64,000 nt of DNA from a virus (Duplodnaviria; Caudoviricetes): positions 1-64,000 of the IMG/VR virus record IMGVR_UViG_3300038673_000220, one strand, 5' to 3'. The notes beneath the pieces were generated by a model, which searched no databases, was not told the DNA's origin, and saw only the letters and a list, made by a program, of their open reading frames with translations. The position numbers and the translations under genes were made by a program. This document shows, piece after piece, positions 39,106-49,235 of this stretch. Numbering within the stretch: the first letter of the stretch is position 1; each line of letters starts with the position of its first letter.

Positions 39106-40095
39106 TTAACCGCGCCAAGCTCTTAAAAACATGTATTTTCGTGGACCGACGTTTATAGCGTATTGAGTATCATTGTAGAATGTAGCTTCTAGCATACCAA
39201 GTTCAGTTGATTCGAAGATAATGTTCGGATTGTAGCAATTGAGCATTTTGTCAAGATCGATACTGAAAGCGATATCGGATTGGCTTTCGCCGATAGTACC
39301 AACAACATCTTTCATATCAAGATTCATAAGAGGTGCAATTGTCATGATACCATTTTCAAAATCGACAAGTTGCAGTGCTGAAGAAAGTTTCTTGTTATGC
39401 ATCTGTGCAAGTTGATTTTCAACAGCGTCGATAAACTTATTCGCATCATTCTCTTTGACATTCTTATCTGGAGAAATAAGATTGTTGAATATACCAATAA
39501 GCTTTTCTTGATCTTTGGCATTAGGACGTTTAGAGATATTCCAACCATTAGCATAAAATGGTCGAATAACGTCGTATGAATAAAGCTTGCAGAGGAGCCG
39601 TTCTGCTGCAATGTTTCCATTGAAAGATTGATAGTCTGTGTAGATGTCTTCAACCTCGAATCTTCCTACAGTCGTAAGGCTATTGATCTCTTCGTCAGGA
39701 CTCTCACAGATTTCGTTAAAAACAAGACGAATGATCTTGATACGTGGTGCGAGGATATTATGCTTGATGCTCATTTTACCTACGTAAATATGATAACCAG
39801 GCTTAATAACGATCATAGCTTGTTTAACATTCGGAACACGGTTAAGCTTGTTGAATAGAACCGCATTCAGTAAACGATCGTCCGGACCAGCTACGACAGT
39901 TGCTGTTGAAAACGAAGATTCTTTTTTACGTCCACCAGTTTCCCAAATAGAAACGTTGTCATCTTTGATGTTGAGTGGGATTAGAATTGTGTCGCCGATT
40001 GCAACAGATGAATTCAAAAACTCAAAATAGTCAGTATAGACAAATTGTTTTTTATCATCACCAGAAGTTCTAATCCGACAAGCGCTAAATTCCAT
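39106..40095 (-). CDS. hypothetical protein
   Basis: 329-aa ORF with GAGGAG RBS. Confidence 0.7.
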   Translation of the reverse strand: MEFSACRIRTSGDDKKQFVYTDYFEFLNSSVAIGDTILIPLNIKDDNVSIWETGGRKKESSFSTATVVAGPDDRLLNAVLFNKLNRVPNVKQAMIVIKPGYHIYVGKMSIKHNILAPRIKIIRLVFNEICESPDEEINSLTTVGRFEVEDIYTDYQSFNGNIAAERLLCKLYSYDVIRPFYANGWNISKRPNAKDQEKLIGIFNNLISPDKNVKENDANKFIDAVENQLAQMHNKKLSSALQLVDFENGIMTIAPLMNLDMKDVVGTIGESQSDIAFSIDLDKMLNCYNPNIIFESTELGMLEATFYNDTQYAINVGPRKYMFLRAWRG

Positions 40096-40195
40096 TGAAG
40101 CATCTCCTCTAAAATAAGTTTTAAGTTGGACAACAGGTTTGACTACTATAATGAGCTAAATACTTAATATTCCTCATTAATATAGTTTGAACATA

Positions 40196-41749
40196 TTAAT
40201 TTAAACTTCCTAAGATAGATTCGATATCATCTACCGAAGCTTTCTTATCACCATTTGAATAGATATTGCGAGATCCAGTAAAAGATGTTTCTAGATCATC
40301 AACGATACCTAATTCAGGATCGAACTGATAACAAACGAATTTGTGTTTCTCTGGAGTGTTATCGACGTATCGGTGTTTACCCCAATTCATAGTTAACCAA
40401 GAATTACCTGCATCGTCTTTTTCAATCTCCAAATAGATTATCATGTCAACCTCACGGGCTATACCAGTAGCATCAGCAAAATGACGTTCAGAATATCTCT
40501 TAACAGGGTAAGGTATTCCAGAAGCAGCTATATCAGAAGCACCTTTGTTCAACTGATGAGCTGTAACTAAAGTATTGCCAGACGCTTTACAAAAGTTACA
40601 CACATTATTATACAATGACTGCAATAATGCGTGATTACCAGCTTGACTTGTTGAACCGAAATTCGTCAATTTCATTTGGCTCAAGTAATCAACAACAGTA
40701 GTGATGATCTGAAAACCAGCATTCTCGTATTTCTCGATCAGCGTAACGAATTCATTGTATCCAAAATACGCTGGTAAATACCTTTCGATAACGAGAACAT
40801 AATCATTCACATTGAAATAGCTGTATATCTCATTAACGATTTCATCTTCAGTCATATCAGGTGGAGGAACTGAACCTTTGATGGAGATATACATCTCTTT
40901 AAACATCTTGAACATATTCTGATACCCTTCATTTTCTAATGAGATGAAGAGGATCATCGGTATCTTACCAGGAGTTTTTGGTGGATTGTTGTACTTAACG
41001 ATCCATTGTGGTATTTTTGTTAATATGCCGGATTTGTAATTATGCGTCCTTGCAGCGAATATAACACTCTCACCTAGAGCTAATCCACCACTCGGGCCAA
41101 ATAACTGATTCAGTCCTTGTAATCCAGTTTTAATAACATGATTCACACGACGTTCTTGAAAGAGCTTATAAGCACTCCGTATGCTTCCGATATCACTTGT
41201 GTTGATAGTTTCGACAGGACCGCTTTTATTCGTCAAGCTGTTTACATTGTCAACAGTTGATTGGAACTCTGAAATCAGAGAGCGTATATTCCTCAAAGAC
41301 TCTTTCTGACTCTCTATAGAATATGACAACTCGCTTTCTTTAAGATGACCATACAATTTCGCTATATAGCTCTTACTCATGAACCACATAACGATATTGT
41401 TCAATCTGTCCGTGATATCAACGATACGATTCGCTGAAATTTCGTCATTTACAACAGACTTTAAAGCGTCACGAATGTATCCATCTTTCCTGAATATCTG
41501 ATTCGAAAGATGTCGTTTGAATATATTCAAGATATCGATCTTGTTATCTTCGATATTCAATTGATTAGAAATGATCTCTTTGCAGAGCGTTATATATAAT
41601 TCACAATATTTGATATCTGAATCATTGATTGATCCAAGATTATCATTATACGTATTGAATATAGAATCAACAAGCTTATGCATCTTTTCATCGTTACGAT
41701 GAACTAAGACCTTTAATAGATCAAAGAATACAGTTGCGTCCAGTAGCAT
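40196..41749 (-). CDS. DnaB-like replicative helicase (phiKZ gp118-like)
   Basis: KTGLQGLNQL, Walker A variant AARTHNYKSG, ISLEN, VVDYL, TAHQL, GKHR. Confidence 0.88.
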   Translation of the reverse strand: MLLDATVFFDLLKVLVHRNDEKMHKLVDSIFNTYNDNLGSINDSDIKYCELYITLCKEIISNQLNIEDNKIDILNIFKRHLSNQIFRKDGYIRDALKSVVNDEISANRIVDITDRLNNIVMWFMSKSYIAKLYGHLKESELSYSIESQKESLRNIRSLISEFQSTVDNVNSLTNKSGPVETINTSDIGSIRSAYKLFQERRVNHVIKTGLQGLNQLFGPSGGLALGESVIFAARTHNYKSGILTKIPQWIVKYNNPPKTPGKIPMILFISLENEGYQNMFKMFKEMYISIKGSVPPPDMTEDEIVNEIYSYFNVNDYVLVIERYLPAYFGYNEFVTLIEKYENAGFQIITTVVDYLSQMKLTNFGSTSQAGNHALLQSLYNNVCNFCKASGNTLVTAHQLNKGASDIAASGIPYPVKRYSERHFADATGIAREVDMIIYLEIEKDDAGNSWLTMNWGKHRYVDNTPEKHKFVCYQFDPELGIVDDLETSFTGSRNIYSNGDKKASVDDIESILGSLN

Positions 41750-41883
41750 CGTGCAATCCTTTGTTATGATTATTGAAATGATCCCTCATCTAAATGATGG
41801 TTCAGCCTTTTACTATTAAATTTACTCCTAATATGTAATACCATCATATGAAATAAAATAACCTTCACACTAAGGAGATTTCG

Positions 41884-43221
41884 ATGTTTTTCAATATACC
41901 TAGTATTCTTTTTACTCATTCTGATCATCTATCGGTAGATGATCTCAACAGAACTGATAAAGTAGCTGTATCTATCGAGCTTTTCATAAGCTGCATCTTC
42001 TTATCTCTTTATATAAGTAGACTAAGAGGTCATTTTCCTAAAAATAATAAATCTTATAAGCATCTTTTATCATCGATCCTTTTTTGTAAATCATGCGTTA
42101 TCAGGATGCTTTTAGGTAATGTCGAATTAAACGCTATTGAATCTAATACGATCAATAAACTCACAGATCTCTTGAATAACATTCTTTATAAGAATAAAAT
42201 CGATCGTCATATCCAATCTAAAGATCAGATCTTTGCTTCACTTGATCAATCTTCATTCAGCGCTAATCTGATACAAACTGTTAAACGAGAGATCCAATTC
42301 GTTCTCTCTGTAGCTAACCAATTAGATTACACTGACGATGTCATAGTTATACCATACATCAGATCATTCACTTCTCATGAAGCTTTTAACAAAGATACTG
42401 TAACTTTGTCGGATATTCATTTTGACTTAAAGATCGACCAAACTAAGAATACTGCATCAGATCTCTGGTATCGTATTTATCAAGGTATCAAATTCTTTGG
42501 TAATTATGAAGATGTCACGAAAATTCTCCAACATCTTTGTCTCGCTATTAATATAGGGATACTTCCGGATCTCGATTCAGGTCTTGGTTTAACCCTATTC
42601 CCATTTGAATCTTTTTATGTCTCTGATACACTTAAGAAATATATCAGTGAAACAGATATTAACTCTATAGAAAAGCATATCTCTATTTTTGATTACGAAA
42701 CTGTATTTAATACTATCTTATTGAATAATCCAGTTCTTAAAGAAACTCATAGCGCTGCTATGGAAGCTGATTTTACAGACCAAGTCGGTGATTCAGAAGA
42801 AACTACTGATGGTAATGAAGAGGACCAACCAGTGGATGACTCTTTAGATACGGGTGAAGAGGACCAGTTATCTGAAGAACCTGAAACCGATGCATCAACT
42901 GATGACACTCAGGTCGATGCGATGATAAATACAGATAACTCTGAAAATAATTCATCATTCGATGATTCAAATAACCAAGAACAAACTGAAAAAAAATTAC
43001 TAGGGTTTGACGTAAAACTCGTAGTAAATGAAACTTTAGATAGATTTATGTATAAAGTTTCTGTTGCTAAATTCGTCGACAATTTAATCAAATTCAATCA
43101 TGATGACGTACCAACAGAATCAGTTGCGATCCTTCGTAAATGGAAGAATTCGTTTCTGTTTCTAACTGACGCTGATGAAACGAAGCGTCTTCTCAAATCT
43201 TTAAAGATCACCTTAAAATAA
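41884..43221 (+). CDS. virion/head protein preceding the capsid gene (phiKZ gp119-like position)
   Basis: Between helicase and MCP; AME site followed by an acidic linker. Confidence 0.6.
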   Translation: MFFNIPSILFTHSDHLSVDDLNRTDKVAVSIELFISCIFLSLYISRLRGHFPKNNKSYKHLLSSILFCKSCVIRMLLGNVELNAIESNTINKLTDLLNNILYKNKIDRHIQSKDQIFASLDQSSFSANLIQTVKREIQFVLSVANQLDYTDDVIVIPYIRSFTSHEAFNKDTVTLSDIHFDLKIDQTKNTASDLWYRIYQGIKFFGNYEDVTKILQHLCLAINIGILPDLDSGLGLTLFPFESFYVSDTLKKYISETDINSIEKHISIFDYETVFNTILLNNPVLKETHSAAMEADFTDQVGDSEETTDGNEEDQPVDDSLDTGEEDQLSEEPETDASTDDTQVDAMINTDNSENNSSFDDSNNQEQTEKKLLGFDVKLVVNETLDRFMYKVSVAKFVDNLIKFNHDDVPTESVAILRKWKNSFLFLTDADETKRLLKSLKITLK

Positions 43222-43244
43222 AAATATCCTTAAGGAGTTTATAC

Positions 43245-45452
43245 ATGACCGCTCTTAATAACTTTCAAGAGTTTATGGCTGGCCTTGAGTCCATGAATAT
43301 CGATGTTGATGGCGATAGCGTATCCATCTCTGATCAGCAAACCATCGACTCTGTTTTTGGTAATGTTAAGAATTTCATCACCTCTAACAACCTGGTTCAA
43401 CCTGATTACTTCCATTCTCTTGAATCCATCGAGACTCCGACCAGATCTCTGAACAAAGCTGTTGATGTAACCGGCGTTGGTATTGAACCATTGATCACCC
43501 TTTGTCAGAATTGTAACGTTCCGTCCAAGCATCTGAAAGCTGCTGTTGAGTCTGTAGCTCTGTGTATTCACAACTACTGTCAGAATTACAGTGCTAGCCA
43601 GCATTTTGCTAAAGGTTCTGCACCGTCTGGTAGCCATGGTGATTACGAGGTTCGTGGATTCGATGGTGTATTCTCTGACCGTATGAATGCCATGGTCAAA
43701 GGAGAGGCTGCAGCTTCTCTTGAGTCTTTTGGTGCCGATGTATCCAACGTTATCTCCGATGCTAAAGTAGCTGTCACTGTAACGATCCTTCGTTATCATC
43801 GTGGCGTTATCCATCGCCTGATTCCGAACATCCCGACTGATTCCGTAATGGTTTCCTACAAGGTTGACCATATGGAAGTATACGACTTGGCTAAATCTCG
43901 TAGTAATGATGCTGCTGAGCGTTATGATGGCCAACATCGTGTACCGTTTGTTGATCTGTATGGCGATCCCTCCCCAGCCAACACTCAGCTGAAACCGATC
44001 GTTCTTCGTACTTCCAACGATGCAACCGCACCGAATTCCAAGCTGCTTGCTGAGAATGTTGGTAAGATCAATACTTCGATCAACATGTTCGATTACTCGA
44101 TCGACGCCGGTGTAATCGGTTATACTCATATCGATTTCACTGATATCGTTGCTGACAACGTCCGTATCAAAGCGCTGTACTTCAACGTCACCGATGGTAC
44201 TTCCACTGAGCTTTTCCGTTTTGGTGTAAGTGAGTATGCTGGCGCTCGTATGTTGATGAATGCCAACAATCTTGATTCTGGCGATCGTACTTGTAACTTC
44301 AAGGATACCCTCGTCCTTGCCAACGATTCCAAAACTTCCAGCGATGTAGCATCCACCTTGCTTGCTGGTCTTACCGAAGATGCAGTTGTCAAATTGGTAA
44401 CCAATGCATCCGGTTCTGTTAATCTGAAAACTTCTGAGATCATCGTTCTTGGATCCACTGCTCCTGCAATCGGTACCGTTTCTGGTAATGCCGTCATTGC
44501 TGCTGATCAGGCGATCTTTGATGCTCTTACTTTCACCATCGTTGGTTTTGAGCCTGCTGCTGAGTTTTCCGAAGAGAACGTACGTAAGACTACTCGTGCA
44601 ATGCGAATCATGACTAAACAGGTTGGTTATGAGATCCCTGGTTCCCAGAACTTCGTTGTTCAGTACTCCCTTACTCAGACTCGTCCGGAAACTGTTATCG
44701 ATGGTCTTGCTAAGCTTATGGCTATTGGTAATGATGATCGTGGTATCAGACTTATCATGGATACCATGGGCAACGTCAAAGATCGTATCGTTGCTGAGTC
44801 CAAACTTAGTGATGCTAACTATGTAAATAAAGTTGGTCAGGCATTCGTCGCTGGCCAGCGTGTTAAACCGTCGATCTTCTTCCACACCATCACTCTTGAT
44901 GCTGATCTGAAGAATATACGTTCTGCTGATAAATGGGGTGATATCCGTGCATTGACTGAGGAGAATCTGCTGAACATCTTCTCTCGTCTGTATCGTGAAT
45001 CCTACTACTCTCAGGAACTGGGTGATGGTGAGAAACCGGTATTCAACTGCTTGACCTCCATCCCGATCAAGTCTTCTCTGCTTTCTGTACCGCATTATCA
45101 CAATCACCTTGCTGATTCTGCAGCTGACAAAGTAGCTGATGGCGTAATCGAGTTCCGTCGTACTCTTCCGGATGGTACTGTACTGAACGTAATCACCACT
45201 ACGTTCAATTACATGGATGACAAGATGCTGATCGTACCTGTACGTCCTTCTCGTCCTCAGTCCGTCCTGAACTTTGCTCAGAACCGTGAGCGTGGTCAGT
45301 TCCTTGCTCAAGCTACTCCGACTATCAACGATTCGATCTTCAACTCATTAATCGGCAACAGTAGGGAATTTCCCGTGGTCTTGTGCCCCGTGGGTGCACT
45401 TGTTCAGATCAGTGGCCTTCATGCTATCTTTGATACCTTTGGTGCTCTGTAA
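43245..45452 (+). CDS. major capsid protein precursor (phiKZ gp120-like)
   Basis: 735 aa; strong RBS; biased codon use; propeptide GLE/SLE sites (AASLESF); gene order. Confidence 0.85.
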   Translation: MTALNNFQEFMAGLESMNIDVDGDSVSISDQQTIDSVFGNVKNFITSNNLVQPDYFHSLESIETPTRSLNKAVDVTGVGIEPLITLCQNCNVPSKHLKAAVESVALCIHNYCQNYSASQHFAKGSAPSGSHGDYEVRGFDGVFSDRMNAMVKGEAAASLESFGADVSNVISDAKVAVTVTILRYHRGVIHRLIPNIPTDSVMVSYKVDHMEVYDLAKSRSNDAAERYDGQHRVPFVDLYGDPSPANTQLKPIVLRTSNDATAPNSKLLAENVGKINTSINMFDYSIDAGVIGYTHIDFTDIVADNVRIKALYFNVTDGTSTELFRFGVSEYAGARMLMNANNLDSGDRTCNFKDTLVLANDSKTSSDVASTLLAGLTEDAVVKLVTNASGSVNLKTSEIIVLGSTAPAIGTVSGNAVIAADQAIFDALTFTIVGFEPAAEFSEENVRKTTRAMRIMTKQVGYEIPGSQNFVVQYSLTQTRPETVIDGLAKLMAIGNDDRGIRLIMDTMGNVKDRIVAESKLSDANYVNKVGQAFVAGQRVKPSIFFHTITLDADLKNIRSADKWGDIRALTEENLLNIFSRLYRESYYSQELGDGEKPVFNCLTSIPIKSSLLSVPHYHNHLADSAADKVADGVIEFRRTLPDGTVLNVITTTFNYMDDKMLIVPVRPSRPQSVLNFAQNRERGQFLAQATPTINDSIFNSLIGNSREFPVVLCPVGALVQISGLHAIFDTFGAL

Positions 45453-45485
45453 TTTTTAATGCTTGATTAGTTATTTTGATACCAA

Positions 45486-45523
45486 ACCTTCTACCAGTAG
45501 CATAATAGCTACTGGTAGAAGGT
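45486..45523 (+). terminator. terminator after the capsid gene
   Basis: 16-bp perfect stem. Confidence 0.8.
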
Positions 45524-45593
45524 ATTCCTATTTAGGCTTTTCAAGTGAAATATCGCTCAATTGGTAAATATAAAATATTAAAACAAGCTACAA

Positions 45594-45604
45594 ATATATA
45601 TTAT
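45594..45604 (+). promoter_or_regulatory. promoter motif variant ATATATATTAT
   Basis: One mismatch to consensus, upstream of an AAGGAG RBS. Confidence 0.6.
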
Positions 45605-45650
45605 ACTCTAACAAAATAGTAGTTAAACTCAATAATTCAAGGAGTAAAGT

Positions 45651-45905
45651 ATGAAAGGTAGACGTAATCCGAACATTCGTTATGACAGCCCTATTCGTCG
45701 TTGGATTTCTGACAAATTACGTGAAAAAGGAATCAATGATCCTCTTCAATTCAGACAGTTGTGTTATGATTATTTTAAAGAGCATACTGATATTGATCAG
45801 AGTCGTTATATCAGTAAAGCTTCTGATTTGATGAAACCTATTTTAGGTCAATGTGTTCTTGGTAGAAAGACTGCTGGTATCATCATTGAGCATATATCAT
45901 ACTAA
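45651..45905 (+). CDS. hypothetical protein whose 3' end is interrupted by IS copy 2
   Basis: Removing 45896..47287 restores ...IIEHIISLGETHDWWKEPS* with stop at 47331-47333, directly before a terminator. Confidence 0.7.
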   Translation: MKGRRNPNIRYDSPIRRWISDKLREKGINDPLQFRQLCYDYFKEHTDIDQSRYISKASDLMKPILGQCVLGRKTAGIIIEHISY

Positions 45906-47287
45906 GAAGATGACCCTTTCCTTTAGGTGAGGGGGTACTGAGAATCATAAATTATCCATACAGAACGCATAATCCAAAAGGATCAATCATGAACCTAACA
46001 GCTCAGGTAAAACTGGAGCCTGATGCTGATCAGGCTTTATCATTAACTCGAACCATGCAGCTCTTTAATGATGCTTGCAACTTTGTAGCTAAATTAGCTT
46101 TTAAGCGTAAAGTATACCATCCAGTAGCGTTGCACAATCTCAAGATCAGCGACAGCACACTTTATTACCATCTTAGAGCTACTTATCCAAAGCTCAATTC
46201 GATACAAATCGAACTGGTTTTTCGTAAGGTGGCTGATGCTTATAAAACACGCTTAAAACGCTTAAAGAAGAGGAAGAAGCTAAAGCATCCTTGCAGGTTC
46301 AAAGAGATGAGCAGCATTCCTTATAATCATCTTATCAGTAACTATAAGCTTATCGTAGCTTCGGCTGGAGATAGAGCAATCACTCCACACCTTTCAGTCG
46401 TTTTAGTTGACGATGCTCGATACAAACGTTCTAAGATCGATTACATCGTAGCTGATCATCAGCGTAAGATATTAGCTAACGCTGTTCCTGGAACGTTTGG
46501 CGGAGAATCGCGGATCTCATTCCGAAAAGGCGCTTTTTATATCAACATCCCAGTGGAGCAATGCGTTGCTCCAGAAGCTATCGATCCGATCAGATCGATT
46601 GGAGTGGATCTTGGAGTAGTGAATATCGCAACTACTTCGTATGGTAAGATCTTCAGTGGAGAGCTTATCGAAAATAAGCGGTTGAAGTTCCAGAAGCATC
46701 GATCTTCATTACAAAAGTGTGGATCGAAATCAGCTAAGCGTCGGTTGAAGTCAGTAGCTGGTAAAGAAGCACGTTTTCGCAAAGATCTCAATCATTGCAT
46801 CAGTAAAGAGCTCGTTGTTGCGGCTAAAGGCACAAGTTCACGGATCGTGTTGGAGGATCTCACCAACATCCGAGAACAGACAACGGTTAGGAAGCAGCAA
46901 CGAGCTCGTCATCATGGTTGGAGTTTTGCTCAATTACGTGAGTTCATCGGCTACAAAGCAGCTATGGCTCAAGTGGAAGTTAAGGTTGTGGATCCGAGCT
47001 ACACGAGCCAAAGATGCAATAACTGCGGAAGCATCAGTCGATCGAACCGAAGAAATCAGTTCCGATTCAGCTGCAAAAGTTGCGGTCATGATGCTCATGC
47101 AGATTACAACGCCGCTTGCAATCTAGCTTGGTTAGGAGATAATGGTGCTGAACGATTCGTTAAGGATGAGTTGATGCACTAAAGACTATGTTGGGGCTGT
47201 AACTGTCAACCAGCCTTATGTAGGGGTGCTATCGGAGCAATGATAGAGCTACTTACAAGCCTCTTCCTTTAGGTGGAGGTTGTTGAC
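45896..47287 (+). mobile_element. non-autonomous IS200/IS605 element, copy 2
   Basis: Appears identical to 27382..28773 (offset 18514). Confidence 0.9.
45989..47182 (+). CDS. tnpB: TnpB RNA-guided endonuclease
   Basis: Same protein sequence as 27475..28668. Confidence 0.95.
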   Translation: MNLTAQVKLEPDADQALSLTRTMQLFNDACNFVAKLAFKRKVYHPVALHNLKISDSTLYYHLRATYPKLNSIQIELVFRKVADAYKTRLKRLKKRKKLKHPCRFKEMSSIPYNHLISNYKLIVASAGDRAITPHLSVVLVDDARYKRSKIDYIVADHQRKILANAVPGTFGGESRISFRKGAFYINIPVEQCVAPEAIDPIRSIGVDLGVVNIATTSYGKIFSGELIENKRLKFQKHRSSLQKCGSKSAKRRLKSVAGKEARFRKDLNHCISKELVVAAKGTSSRIVLEDLTNIREQTTVRKQQRARHHGWSFAQLREFIGYKAAMAQVEVKVVDPSYTSQRCNNCGSISRSNRRNQFRFSCKSCGHDAHADYNAACNLAWLGDNGAERFVKDELMH

Positions 47288-47307
47288 TATCAGTTTAGGT
47301 GAAACTC
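47114..47307 (+). ncRNA. putative omegaRNA; guide TATCAGTTTAGGTGAAACTC (47288-47307)
   Basis: Right end of the element plus flank; 5' boundary approximate. Confidence 0.7.
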
Positions 47308-47332
47308 ATGATTGGTGGAAAGAACCATCTTG

Positions 47333-47388
47333 ATATAAACAAGGAACGCTACCATCATTGGTAGCGTTCCTTGTTTATATTTATTTTT
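47333..47388 (+). terminator. intrinsic terminator
   Basis: ATATAAACAAGGAACGCTACCA-TCAT-TGGTAGCGTTCCTTGTTTATAT. Confidence 0.85.
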
Positions 47389-47480
47389 TAATGTATTCTA
47401 AAGATGCTTTATTTATATATTAATGAGGTGAATAGTAGAATTAATCAAAAAGATCTGTCATTTTATTTAAGGAGAGTATC

Positions 47481-47687
47481 ATGGATATAAAACAAGGTTT
47501 GGTTGTTGTTGGTATCGTCGTCGGTGTTTTAGGTTGTAGTGTTGGTCTTATCAAAAGACAAATAGTGATAAAAGAATTCAGTAAAATGAATTCTGATTAT
47601 TTGAAAGATCTTAGAGGTGAATTAACTTCTGAAAATCCTATTCAAGGTATCATTACTGGTATCTTGAAAAAGAGAGGTGAAAACTGA
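47481..47687 (+). CDS. small membrane protein, paralog family
   Basis: TAAGGAG RBS; N-terminal TM, KMNSDYL...KKRG. Confidence 0.7.
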   Translation: MDIKQGLVVVGIVVGVLGCSVGLIKRQIVIKEFSKMNSDYLKDLRGELTSENPIQGIITGILKKRGEN

Positions 47688-47920
47688 TGTCCATTCAAGC
47701 TGAATTAGTTGGTGCTGGAATCATTCTTGGATCAGCTCTTCTCTATATGGGTGGATCCAAGATCGTTGTAAAGAGATGCTCTGATGAAGAGCTTCGTCAG
47801 AAGTATTATAAGATGAAGGATCTTGCTGAGAAAGATCATAGGATCTTGAGGGTATTTCCTTTCAGAGTATCTTTTAACCAAATCATTGATGAAATCAAAA
47901 GGAGAGGATTAAATGGATAA
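47687..47920 (+). CDS. small membrane protein, paralog family
   Basis: N-terminal TM, RCSDEEL...KRRG. Confidence 0.7.
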   Translation: MSIQAELVGAGIILGSALLYMGGSKIVVKRCSDEELRQKYYKMKDLAEKDHRILRVFPFRVSFNQIIDEIKRRGLNG

Positions 47921-48278
47921 GTTGGCTTCTTTGTATTTGGCAGGTGCAACTGTAGCATTGGGAAGTTATGCATATTTCTTTATCAAAACCAAGAGGATGA
48001 ATAATCTTGAGTTGTGTGGTCGTTATATGAAAGTGGTAGAACGACTCAACAAAAGAGAATCATCTATCAGTCTTAAAGCTCAATACAGCATTCTTCGTAA
48101 TGAATGCATCAAACGTAATCTCATCGGAGGAGAAAATACTATGTCTATCGTAATCAATCAAGTCAATGATACCTTTAATCAATTAACCATCACTTGTAAC
48201 ATCTGTAGAAAGCTTCGGATCGTTAATCCGATCAAGATCGCTAGAGTGTTCAGTACAGTTAATGCATTTGTTCATTAA
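47913..48278 (+). CDS. small membrane protein, paralog family, with a possible internal start
   Basis: N-terminal TM, RMNNLEL...IKRN; internal GGAGG plus in-frame ATG at 48141. Confidence 0.65.
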   Translation: MDKLASLYLAGATVALGSYAYFFIKTKRMNNLELCGRYMKVVERLNKRESSISLKAQYSILRNECIKRNLIGGENTMSIVINQVNDTFNQLTITCNICRKLRIVNPIKIARVFSTVNAFVH

Positions 48279-48378
48279 TTCATTTATATATTATTAGGTG
48301 AAGAATATGAATAGATGCTATACTTAGGTATATTTCAAAAGTACATCTATGTATGTTATTTAATCATAGGGAGGGATT

Positions 48379-48501
48379 ATGTACATATTAGTTCGGATAG
48401 GTTGTAAATTCGTAGTTTCAACAACGTTGGATATATTGTCAAATCAAACACCTTTAATCGTTAAAGTGTGTAGAGCATTTTCATCAAAGGGTAAGAAATA
48501 A
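48379..48501 (+). CDS. 40-aa small protein
   Basis: GGGAGG RBS; below the ORF-track length cutoff. Confidence 0.45.
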   Translation: MYILVRIGCKFVVSTTLDILSNQTPLIVKVCRAFSSKGKK

Positions 48502-48538
48502 TCCTTACCTAAATTCTTTATCCTAAGGAGGATATACC

Positions 48539-48838
48539 ATGTCTGAGAATATCGACAACACCAACAAGAATACCACCAGTGTTAATGAGAACAACAATAC
48601 TGATAATCCTCAGGTTCCTGAGAATCCCGGATTCTTCGGTCGTATCAAGGGTCTGCCTTGGAAGAAGGTCGGTATCTACAGTGCTGGGACTGCACTTGTT
48701 GTAGTCGGTGGTGTTTTCGCTTACAATGGCCTGATGGAGAAGGTTGTTGAAGTGGCCACGGAAGCCGCTGAGAAGGTTGTTGAGAATGCTGGTAAAGTAG
48801 CTGAAACAGCTGCTGAAGCGATTGACGCTATCGCATAA
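48539..48838 (+). CDS. single-TM protein, probably abundant
   Basis: AAGGAGG RBS; biased codon use; followed by a terminator. Confidence 0.75.
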   Translation: MSENIDNTNKNTTSVNENNNTDNPQVPENPGFFGRIKGLPWKKVGIYSAGTALVVVGGVFAYNGLMEKVVEVATEAAEKVVENAGKVAETAAEAIDAIA

Positions 48839-48848
48839 TATCAAGTAA

Positions 48849-48876
48849 GATGAGGGGTTTTGATTAACCCCTCATC
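48849..48876 (+). terminator. hairpin terminator
   Basis: GATGAGGGGTT-loop-AACCCCTCATC. Confidence 0.75.
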
Positions 48877-48903
48877 CTATCCTTTTATTTTTGGAGGTTC
48901 TTC

Positions 48904-49197
48904 ATGTCAACTGTCAAGATGTTCTTCAACGCATTACGGATTTGGATAGTCTTCGCTTCAGCATCTATCGTAACAGCTATGCTGGTTATGGTGTTCTTAT
49001 CAATCCTTTCCGGCATCCTTGTCTCTATTTCAAATCCTTTCTCACTATGTATCGATATCGCTATTCTCTTCTTACTGAAGTATTATGGCGTATTCGATAA
49101 GATCAAATCGTGGAATATTCCAGGAAAGCTTAAGACTTTCTATGAATGGGTTGGATGGAATTTTCGTGATGTATTTCGGAAAGAAAATGAGCAGTGA
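48904..49197 (+). CDS. two-TM membrane protein
   Basis: GGAGG RBS; hydrophobic. Confidence 0.65.
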   Translation: MSTVKMFFNALRIWIVFASASIVTAMLVMVFLSILSGILVSISNPFSLCIDIAILFLLKYYGVFDKIKSWNIPGKLKTFYEWVGWNFRDVFRKENEQ

Positions 49198-49230
49198 TTA
49201 GAGAGCTTCCTTATTATGGAAGCTCTCTAA
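49198..49230. terminator. terminator between convergent genes
   Basis: TTAGAGAGCTTCC-loop-GGAAGCTCTCTAA. Confidence 0.8.
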
Positions 49231-49235
49231 CCTTT

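Noticed and set aside
43239-45311. 690-aa antisense ORF over the capsid gene
   Set aside because: Shadow frame produced by the strong codon bias of a highly expressed gene; no motifs
27382-47287. Composite transposon or prophage bounded by the two IS copies
   Set aside because: Each copy has its own target motif and a restorable empty site; the enclosed genes are ordinary core phage genes
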